From a virus: a stretch of DNA of 64,000 nucleotides. Numbering within the stretch: position 1 is the stretch's first letter; each line of letters opens with the position of its first letter. Both the position numbers and the translations under genes were made by a program. The stretch is from the UHGV virus genome UHGV-1370948. One strand, written 5' to 3'. A model generated the notes under the pieces. The model did not search any database. It was not told the DNA's origin and saw only the letters and a program-made list of their open reading frames with translations. Of this stretch, positions 56,862 through 64,000 are shown one piece after another.

Positions 56862-56886
56862 GCCACCAGCAACGGTGGCTTTTATG
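56862..56886 (+). terminator. rho-independent terminator
   Basis: gccacc-agcaac-ggtggc followed by ttttatg. Confidence 0.5.
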
Positions 56887-56982
56887 CGATAGCTCCCTGC
56901 GGCGGTTTTCTTTGTTTTCTCGCATTGTTTGTTTTCTTAACGCCTTAAACAAGTTGTTTTCACCCTCATCAGCGCTGCTAAC

Positions 56983-57348
56983 ATGTATCTCAACGAAACA
57001 CGAAGCGAGATTTACACCATGAACAACACTGAACGCCTTTTTGCTGCTTTCTACGCTACCCAGCGCAACACGTTTAAAGAGGAACGAAATAGCCTAGTCT
57101 CTATCGTCACTCTGCTGGACATTGTTGCAAACGGATCTGCGATACGAGTATTCAAAGAAAGCACCGTGTCGTTCGATGATGGAATTTCTCGTCGCGTTGT
57201 CGTTAGTGTGCGCCGCAGTAAACTGAAGTCGGGTTGGACTGCTGTGCAGAAAATTTTCCCTATTTCGCAGCTTGAGACAGCCATCTTGTATGCAAACAAA
57301 GTGGCTCAGAAAGAGATTTCAAGAGAGTCCCTTGCTGCTATCGCATAA
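56983..57348 (+). CDS. hypothetical protein
   Basis: 121 aa. Promoter motif at 56947. ATG at 57019 is an alternative start. Confidence 0.4.
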   Translation: MYLNETRSEIYTMNNTERLFAAFYATQRNTFKEERNSLVSIVTLLDIVANGSAIRVFKESTVSFDDGISRRVVVSVRRSKLKSGWTAVQKIFPISQLETAILYANKVAQKEISRESLAAIA

Positions 57349-57379
57349 TCATGTGCTTAGTAGTCGCAGAATTGTCTAC

Positions 57380-57408
57380 AGCCCCTTCTTCCTTTTGGGG
57401 CTTTTTTG
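57380..57408 (+). terminator. rho-independent terminator
   Basis: agcccc-loop-ggggct followed by tttttg. Confidence 0.55.
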
Positions 57409-57473
57409 CGTTTGTATTGTAAGTGTTTACTTACCGGTATATATTTACCTTGCTCAACAACATGGAGGTAGCA

Positions 57474-57920
57474 ATGAGCCTTAAACGTACCGATTTGGTA
57501 TACGACCTGTTTTACGCATCTAACACTGACCCGATGACCGCGGATCGCATCGCAACGCTGACCATTCAGCTGCGCGACGAAGCCGGCGTAACTCAACTAT
57601 CAACCCAACTGTCTCGCACCGTTCTGCGCTCCAATAAGCAGAAAGTCTATGCCGTAGGGCAGCAGATGATTAACGACGGCGGCGACCCGCTGCTGGTGGC
57701 CGCAGAAGCATTCTTCCGCAAAGACACCGCAACACTGACCGAAGGGCTGATTTCCGAGGTACTGGACTTCATCGAAGGGAATCTTGCCGCCGGCAGTACC
57801 TGGATGGGTGTTTACGGTATGAAGATTTACTCCGGCGAAGCACTGACCGAGCTGCTGCCCGTAGACGTTCTGAAAGCCGACGGGACCGATTCAGCGACAA
57901 CCGGTGCAACCACCGCCTAA
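57474..57920 (+). CDS. hypothetical protein
   Basis: GGAGGT RBS upstream of ATG 57474. About 148 aa. Thr/Ala-rich C-terminus. Confidence 0.45.
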   Translation: MSLKRTDLVYDLFYASNTDPMTADRIATLTIQLRDEAGVTQLSTQLSRTVLRSNKQKVYAVGQQMINDGGDPLLVAAEAFFRKDTATLTEGLISEVLDFIEGNLAAGSTWMGVYGMKIYSGEALTELLPVDVLKADGTDSATTGATTA

Positions 57921-57939
57921 CGGCTATAACGCCTGTCAA

Positions 57940-57968
57940 AGCCACGCTAAGCCGTGGCTTTTTTCTTT
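57940..57968 (+). terminator. rho-independent terminator
   Basis: agccacg-ctaagc-cgtggct followed by tttttcttt. Confidence 0.6.
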
Positions 57969-58151
57969 GATACCCTTCGAACACCACCAGGCTACCGCAC
58001 GGCTAAAACACCACTCAATTACCCTTCGGCTGCAGCCAGGCTACAGGCATTGCACCGTCATTGTTTCCTCGCTGCCTTAAACAACTTGTTTATTGCCTCA
58101 GTACCACTGCGATAATGCTTTCCATCAAAACAAAAACACAAAGGAAAGCAC

Positions 58152-58634
58152 ATGAACCAGTTACTGACCGTTAATACTCGCTTTGGCACATCCACCGCGC
58201 TGTTCAACACTATCCATAAGCGCTTAATAACTGTCATGCACGGCGATGAGGATGTAACCACCAGCCTGCAGGAATGGGAAAGGAATTCATTACAGCAGGA
58301 TCTGGCAAATGGCTTCGGTTACACGCAAACCTTTAAAGCCGCTCGCGTCGTCTCCACCGGGTTCGGAACGTTTATTTTCCCACTGCGCGGGAGAGACTGT
58401 GAAAGCCGCCGTTTCGAAATGGCTGTGCAGATCGCAGGATGGTTGGCCGAAACACGACCGCATCAGGATTCAGCCTACCAGACAAGCGCAGCCGTTCGAG
58501 CTGTCGAAAATAGTGAGCGGTACACCAACGTCGTCTACAAAGCCGGTCACGACCAATTCAGTATCGTCATAAACGGCAACACGCTGGGGAAAACGCGTAT
58601 CAAATCCGACATTATCGTGCTGGAAGGTAAGTAA
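58152..58634 (+). CDS. hypothetical protein
   Basis: 160 aa. Consensus RBS. Promoter motif at 58078 followed by a TGcGATAAT -10. Confidence 0.5.
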   Translation: MNQLLTVNTRFGTSTALFNTIHKRLITVMHGDEDVTTSLQEWERNSLQQDLANGFGYTQTFKAARVVSTGFGTFIFPLRGRDCESRRFEMAVQIAGWLAETRPHQDSAYQTSAAVRAVENSERYTNVVYKAGHDQFSIVINGNTLGKTRIKSDIIVLEGK

Positions 58635-58647
58635 AGCGGAAAGAGAA

Positions 58648-58670
58648 GGGGAGACGATGTTCTCCCTTTT
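58648..58670 (+). terminator. rho-independent terminator
   Basis: ggggaga-cgatgt-tctccc followed by tttt. Confidence 0.55.
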
Positions 58671-59114
58671 CACCGTTTAAGTGGCGCCGCAGGGAAACGG
58701 GCAAAAAGCCTATTAAGGTGAAAATTTCGGGAAACGGCTGGGTTTGCATATACAGCGGCGGAAATGTGTAGAGGTGTCCCTACGGACTACCCAGAAGGCC
58801 ACGCCAAGGCGTCGTTTTTAAGGGTGGGGGTTAGAATGTGACGAGCCATCTTTAACGCTAAATGGCTTTAACGCTAAATGGCTGGATAGCCAGCTTTTAG
58901 CCAGCGCCCACGGAAAAAATAATACAGAAAGCCACGCGGGATCGGTTAAAACGCCTCGCAAAACATGAAATATCGCTAAAACGAACTGTAAGCCATTTTA
59001 AGCGCTTTTTATTGTTGGCAATATGATTGGCTGTCTATGGCTATAAAAAGCGCTTAGAATCGATTTGGCGCGTTCTGTTTTGTGTCGTCTCTGTTATTGT
59101 TTAGCGTATAACGC

Positions 59115-59240
59115 AAAAAGCGCCATCGTGGGCGCTTTTCTTTCGTCTGGTATGCTCGGATCACTGGAAACGCAAAAAGCGCCCATAGTGGGCGCTGGTG
59201 GCTGTATAGCGGAAACGAAAAAAGCGCCCATGGTGGGCGC
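59115..59240 (-). repeat. three tandem copies of a roughly 35-bp unit, each containing the hairpin AGCGCCCA-nnn-TGGGCGCT flanked by an A/T run. These act as stacked rho-independent terminators for the minus-strand gene ending at 59247
   Basis: Direct read. Hairpins at 59115-59140, 59174-59196 and 59217-59240. On the minus strand each hairpin is followed by TTTTT. Confidence 0.7.
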
Positions 59241-59246
59241 TAGATG

Positions 59247-59900
59247 TTACTTGTTAAAGCTGGTAGCGATATGATTAAACAAATCATTTTTAACAAATTT
59301 GAATTTTGCCATGCCAAATTCAGATTTTCCGCCATCTTTGATCGCTTCCACAATTCCCAAATCACGGAAGAGTTTAATCAATTGATTTGCTTGCGTATAT
59401 GTTGCATCTGGCTTCATCTCGTTCTCTTGTTTAGCTTTATTCATGATTTTGAAAACGTCGCCATTGCTAAACGTCGTCGGATCTTTCTTGATAAGCTCAA
59501 TCATTGCGAAAACGCGTGAGTTAGTAGAAAGCGCGCTATTGAATGAACATTTACCAGAAGCCATCGACGCCATCAGATAAGCCAGCTTTTCGAGCGCATA
59601 GCTATTCGCTAATGTTTCACGGAAAAACAGCTCTGGATCTTTTTTAGCAATCTTAATGGAGAAGTAGAAAACGCCACACTGTTTATCATCGCGCATCGCT
59701 TCCAGAATGTTGTTATCAAAGTAAGCGCTTTTTGTTTGCGCAGCACGTAGATCCGCTTTGTCCTTCTTGGTATCCATGCCAGCAGATAAACGCTCGTTAA
59801 ATTTGATTTCCATCGCTTTCGCGCTTGCGCTCAATTCTTTTGATACAACGATCGCAGCATTCAGGACGTCGGATTTTTTGAGATTGTTAAGAGTAGTCAT
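59247..59900 (-). CDS. hypothetical protein
   Basis: 217 aa. Minus-strand RBS aaaggaaaataaa-ATG. TTGCGT -35 and GATAAT -10 lie in the AT-rich 59900-60170 region. Confidence 0.5.
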   Translation of the reverse strand: MTTLNNLKKSDVLNAAIVVSKELSASAKAMEIKFNERLSAGMDTKKDKADLRAAQTKSAYFDNNILEAMRDDKQCGVFYFSIKIAKKDPELFFRETLANSYALEKLAYLMASMASGKCSFNSALSTNSRVFAMIELIKKDPTTFSNGDVFKIMNKAKQENEMKPDATYTQANQLIKLFRDLGIVEAIKDGGKSEFGMAKFKFVKNDLFNHIATSFNK

Positions 59901-60175
59901 TTTATTTTCCTTTATTTAAATTGATTGGCTTTCGCCAGATTCGAAACGTTTATTTGTTTGCGTCGTTTCGTTGAGTTCCATTATCGATATATAAAAATTT
60001 TACGCAAGCTTTTTTTTTGATGAATTGCAAAAAAGTAAAGTCTTAGAAAAAAACGCACATAGCTGGAAGGTGTTCCCTAAATAAATAACCAAACGAGGCT
60101 TTTACCCTTATATATTACGAGAGGCTAGGGAGGTGGGATTTAATTAATTAAAGGGTTGTGATACATAAAAAAATA

Positions 60176-60190
60176 CCGACACTTGGTCGG
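60176..60190 (-). terminator. rho-independent terminator (minus strand)
   Basis: ccgac-acttg-gtcgg preceded on the plus strand by aaaaaaata, which is a U-tract on the minus strand. Confidence 0.55.
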
Positions 60191-60200
60191 CATTATTACC

Positions 60201-60749
60201 TTATATTTCTTGATTAAGGGGAATGATTCGGTCAACCCAATCATAGAAAATCTGGACGACTCTGCCGTCCGACAACCTTATACCTGCTGACTGCTCATTC
60301 ATGCCGGTGGACACGCCATTCAAGACTCGGTTGTCTGAGAGATAGACCCTTATAGGCTTTCCCTGCTGGTGGGCGTATCGGATAACTTGAAAGAAATCTT
60401 TCCCCGAACGCACAAAGCCACCATCCTCAAAATCCCCGCGCTTCAGTGTCGTTTGACCCTTATAGGCTGTGTCGACTTCAGAGGCGGCAATGCGCTCTGC
60501 CGAGATGATGTAATCGACGGGTATGATGACGCGATTAGCCTTATGGTCGTCGGTTAATGGGCTGAGATAGATACGATGGGACTTGATGTCAAATCCAGTA
60601 ACAAGCATCGAGAAAACCAGCTCGTTCGCTGTAACCACCCTTACAGGTAATTTTCTGCGTTGCGCGTTCTTGAAATAATCCATCGTTGTGTTTAGGTTTC
60701 TTTCTTTCTCAGCGTCTATGCCGTAAGTGAAGTCTGTAGGTGCGTTCAT
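60201..60749 (-). CDS. hypothetical protein
   Basis: 182 aa. Third gene of the helicase operon. Confidence 0.5.
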   Translation of the reverse strand: MNAPTDFTYGIDAEKERNLNTTMDYFKNAQRRKLPVRVVTANELVFSMLVTGFDIKSHRIYLSPLTDDHKANRVIIPVDYIISAERIAASEVDTAYKGQTTLKRGDFEDGGFVRSGKDFFQVIRYAHQQGKPIRVYLSDNRVLNGVSTGMNEQSAGIRLSDGRVVQIFYDWVDRIIPLNQEI

Positions 60750-60814
60750 GATATTAACCAGACATTAGAATTAAAATAAATAGTACGCCCACCATGAGCG
60801 TACTATCAAATATT

Positions 60815-61165
60815 TTATTTTTGTGTATTTTCTATTGCCATCTTTTTTAATATTCTTAAATCATCATCATTCATTTCTGAATTTAGAAATACCTGAACAA
60901 TGTCGTTTCTAATCTTGTCACCGAAAATATCAGATAAATCTTTACTGAAGTGTTTGACGTTAAGGTTTTCAAGCAGGAGGTTGATGATGCATGTTTTTGA
61001 CAGCTTTATATTTTCTGCACGTAGCAAGTGTTGAATTTTAAGAAGCTTACCATCAGCCTTTGCAGAAAGTTTGAGATGGCAGTTTACTGGTCTATCAGTC
61101 ACTGCCTCTTGGCGCCCACGATCTGAGTCGGTTTTGGATGGTTGATGTTGCATTTGCTCTTTCAT
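60815..61165 (-). CDS. hypothetical protein
   Basis: 116 aa. Second gene of the helicase operon. Confidence 0.45.
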   Translation of the reverse strand: MKEQMQHQPSKTDSDRGRQEAVTDRPVNCHLKLSAKADGKLLKIQHLLRAENIKLSKTCIINLLLENLNVKHFSKDLSDIFGDKIRNDIVQVFLNSEMNDDDLRILKKMAIENTQK

Positions 61166-61210
61166 AAACTTTACCCTAAAGGAGCCGGCTCAAAAGACCG
61201 GCCACACACT

Positions 61211-62788
61211 TTACGATTCAAGAATCGAGAAGTCGAATTTCCCGTCTATATCTAAAATGCCTTCAGAAAAACCAGGCGTAGTGGAAATGATGTGTTTTCT
61301 CTCGTAAGAGTGAGACATCAGATGTTTGTTGGACGTATCCAGAAAATCGGCAATGAAACATACGTTCGCTTTCCCCTTTTTCTTTCGTAGACCACGACCC
61401 ACGCGTTGTCGAAGTTCAACTTCAGCCTTGCCACCACCGGCTATGATGACCGCGCCTACGCTTGGCACATCTACGCCGACGTCCAGAATTGTCGAGCCGA
61501 TAAGAACGTCGATTTTCCCCGCGGCCAGTTCTGCCAGTTTTGCGGAACGAGTTGCGGCAGATGACTTGCCGTTGATAAAGCTCGAAACCAGCCCACGCTC
61601 TTCCAACATAGTCTTTAGAATCTGCCCATGCCGTTCATGTCTAACCAGCGTCATGCAGCTCAGATTGTGGCGCTTAAACTCTTCAGCAGTATCCACGATA
61701 GCTCGGTTTCTGGCGAGATTATACGTGATACCTAACTGATAAGCTTTTTGGTATGCGGTCGACATACTAACGCGGAAGTTGACATGTTTGCCTGTTAATT
61801 CCTTGTTTAGAAGCTCGATATCTGGAACGTACCCGATTTTACGATAAAGGAAAACTGGTTTTGCTAAAATACCCTTATCAATCAGATATTTTTCAGACAC
61901 TTTGATTTCTATTCGACCAGATACAGCCATCAGACGCATGTTATCTTCGGTACTGTCCTTCATGAAAGGCGTCGCGGTTAGCGCAAGACGATAGTCTGCG
62001 TTTTTGCAGAGTCTGGCGATTTCATAAAAACTCTCACCCGACGCCTCATGAGCTTCCTCAAGGATTAGAAGCGAGACCTTAGACAGCATTTGTTTCATCA
62101 GTTCACGTCGACGTAGATGAAATTCTCGTTTCTCTTTCGACAGATCGCTACCAGGCTCGCTCAGGAAGCTGGATAGCGTCTGGACAGTCGCCACGTTAAT
62201 AAATCGAGAGAACTTCAGCTCGCCGGAACCAATGATACCGACCTTTTCGTTTTTGAGCCACGGCTCACCATGGGCAGCTCGATAATCGATGGACTCCTGG
62301 AAATTGTCAGCCATCTGGAACATTAGCATCGAGCGAGTGGTGATAAACAGCGTCATCCTGCCGATCCTTGCTGCGGCTTTGCACGCGATTTGCGATTTGC
62401 CGCCACCGGTGGCAACCTGAGCAATCATTCCACCAAATCGAACCAGGCGCTCACAAGTCTCGTCCTGATAGGCGTAATCAGGATTGTATGGGAATGGGCT
62501 TACGACGGGGTTTGGGTTGCCTAGAGGTTTGGTCAGTTCTTTTCGAACCAGAGCACATTTGATGCCAGACCGGCCAAGATCTGCAGCAACGGCACGAGCG
62601 AACCCGGCCGGAAATACACCGTTGGCCCAGCTGAACATTGAGCTTTGACCATCCCAGCCACTTCCGCCGCCGCCGTATCTTCCGCCGTCTACTTCATAGC
62701 TGAGCATTTTCTGTATTTTCAATTTCACATCGTCATTTGCTCCCTTGACGATGGCATTGACTGCGTCAAACACGATTCTGACTGTCAT
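61211..62788 (-). CDS. SF2 DEAD/DEAH-box helicase (type III restriction res-subunit-like) with a 190-aa N-terminal extension
   Basis: Motif I ATGGGKS, motif II LILEEAHE, motif III LTATP, motif VI QRVGRGLR. The N-terminal Gly-rich segment is of unknown function. Confidence 0.75.
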   Translation of the reverse strand: MTVRIVFDAVNAIVKGANDDVKLKIQKMLSYEVDGGRYGGGGSGWDGQSSMFSWANGVFPAGFARAVAADLGRSGIKCALVRKELTKPLGNPNPVVSPFPYNPDYAYQDETCERLVRFGGMIAQVATGGGKSQIACKAAARIGRMTLFITTRSMLMFQMADNFQESIDYRAAHGEPWLKNEKVGIIGSGELKFSRFINVATVQTLSSFLSEPGSDLSKEKREFHLRRRELMKQMLSKVSLLILEEAHEASGESFYEIARLCKNADYRLALTATPFMKDSTEDNMRLMAVSGRIEIKVSEKYLIDKGILAKPVFLYRKIGYVPDIELLNKELTGKHVNFRVSMSTAYQKAYQLGITYNLARNRAIVDTAEEFKRHNLSCMTLVRHERHGQILKTMLEERGLVSSFINGKSSAATRSAKLAELAAGKIDVLIGSTILDVGVDVPSVGAVIIAGGGKAEVELRQRVGRGLRKKKGKANVCFIADFLDTSNKHLMSHSYERKHIISTTPGFSEGILDIDGKFDFSILES

Positions 62789-62853
62789 TTTTTGATTTCC
62801 TTCGTGCCTTATTTGTGTTAATTGGGTATTCTATGTAAGTAATCATTTACTAA

Positions 62854-63567
62854 ATGGATTGTATCAAAAATATGGACGTTAAAATCAGTATTTTGACGGT
62901 GGAGACAGCGCAGTTACGGCCGAATCCCTGGAATACGAATGTCGTTGGCGCTCGAAACTTCGACAAGCTGAAAAACTCAATCGACCGGCTTGGCTTTTTT
63001 AAGCCGATTCTGGTTCGTGAGTTGCTGGACGGCACTTACGAAATTCTCGGTGGGGAGCACCGCTGGCGTGCCGCTATTGAGCAGGGTATGGCAACCGTTC
63101 CAGTCACCTCCGTTGGCGTGATTGATGACAACACCGCCAAGCAGATGTCACTGGTTGATAATGAGCGTTACGGTGAAGATGATGCCGTCGAGCTGCAGCG
63201 CCTTATTGAAAGTATTCAGGCTGAAATTGACTATTCGCTGGCAGATATTGCCCCGTATGACGAGGAAATGACTGAAACGCTGGCGCGTGAGTCCAGTATC
63301 GACCTGGAAGAGCTGGGTCTGTTGGGCGAAGAGGAAGATCACGTCGTTGAGCCGGACACTCGCGAGAAGAAGGAGCGTCTTGGCGTTGAACACCAGACTA
63401 TGCGCTTCAAGGTTTCGTTTGACACGGCAGAGAGCGTGACGGAAGTCATCAAAACTATCATCCGGGAGCAGGGGATTAAAACCGGCAGCGAAATGGAAGA
63501 CGCTGGCGAAGCTCTGGTGTGGCTCACTCAATATTACAAGGACGTGACCGATGAAAAAGTCGTTTGA
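62854..63567 (+). CDS. ParB N-terminal-domain (ParB/Srx-like) protein
   Basis: ILGGEHRWRAA motif. 237 aa. Acidic C-terminal half. Confidence 0.6.
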   Translation: MDCIKNMDVKISILTVETAQLRPNPWNTNVVGARNFDKLKNSIDRLGFFKPILVRELLDGTYEILGGEHRWRAAIEQGMATVPVTSVGVIDDNTAKQMSLVDNERYGEDDAVELQRLIESIQAEIDYSLADIAPYDEEMTETLARESSIDLEELGLLGEEEDHVVEPDTREKKERLGVEHQTMRFKVSFDTAESVTEVIKTIIREQGIKTGSEMEDAGEALVWLTQYYKDVTDEKVV

Positions 63568-63570
63568 AAT

Positions 63571-64000
63571 TCAGTATCTCGATCCGCGTACTCTCATCCC
63601 GTATGAGAAAAACGCCAAAAAGCACGATGAGCGCCAGATTAAAGACCTGGCTGCAGCCATCATTAGTCGTGGATTTGACCAGCCAATCACCGTTGACAAG
63701 CATCGTGTAATCATTACCGGCCATGGTCGTCGTGAAGCGGCTCTGGTGGCTGGTTTGGCTCTTGTGCCTGTCATTGTTCGTGACGATCTGACAGAAAGCG
63801 CTGTGCGAGCGAAACGTCTCGAAGACAACCGCTTAGCCAGTATCGATTATGACGCTATTCGTATGCAGGAAGAGCTAAACGAACTACTTCAGGACGAAGA
63901 CGTTGAGATCTACGGCTTTGACGAGCGTGAGTTGAAGGTTTTCATCGAAGACCTGACCGAAAAAATGGCTGACGATACGTTGATCGACGACCTGAATGAA
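63571..64000 (+). CDS. second ParB-like nuclease-domain protein (truncated by the window end)
   Basis: ITGHGRREAA motif. The ORF continues past the window end. Confidence 0.55.

Noticed and set aside
62854-64000. The ParB-like pair as a conventional ParA/ParB partition cassette
   Set aside because: No ParA (Walker-type ATPase) gene precedes them in this window. Both proteins look like ParB N-domain nuclease-like proteins, so partition function is left open.

Overview
This 64-kb window reads as the early, replication and nucleotide-metabolism region of a large phage-plasmid. It resembles the SSU5 / pHCM2-like group; that assignment is recalled from memory, not searched. A defence/cargo island appears inserted between a phage glutaredoxin gene and the phage repressor gene. 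It carries an EcoR124-like type IC R-M system (hsdM-hsdS-hsdR), two toxin-antitoxin-like pairs and a tyrosine integrase preceded by a near-consensus LexA box. Downstream, a divergent XRE-family repressor with direct-repeat operators sits ahead of a long plus-strand run of phage DNA-metabolism genes. These are CobT/CobS-like vWA and AAA+ proteins, a DnaE split into two genes, a gp32-like SSB, a FEN/5'-3' exonuclease, a RecA/UvsX-like recombinase, SbcD/SbcC, a RuvC-like resolvase, NrdA/NrdB, a MazG-like protein, ThyA, a HAD phosphatase, DHFR, a dNMP-kinase-like protein, a DnaQ-like exonuclease, a Dam-family methylase and RNase HI. A P1-style plasmid replicon is embedded in this run: a RepA-like gene flanked by 5 upstream and 9 downstream 15-bp iterons, next to a six-GATC cluster and a DnaA box. 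The last third of the window (45-58 kb) is a string of small, individually promoted accessory genes. Among them are an HD-domain (p)ppGpp-hydrolase-like protein, a methyltransferase with a large unknown N-terminal domain, a TerB-like protein, a T5orf172-like protein, a TonB-C-like lipoprotein and several secreted or membrane proteins. There is also a 1.5-kb ORF-free, strongly strand-skewed region with several phased direct-repeat families, a minus-strand SF2 helicase operon and two ParB-like genes. Three sequence motifs recur across the phage part: a stop-codon-containing palindrome ATAAGTAA-N4-TTACTTAT, a promoter-associated palindrome AAACAAnTTGTTT, and an unusually conserved RBS-start context AAAGGAAAACAC-ATG. 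No rRNA, tRNA or CRISPR array was recognised. All protein calls rest on remembered family motifs, not on database searches.
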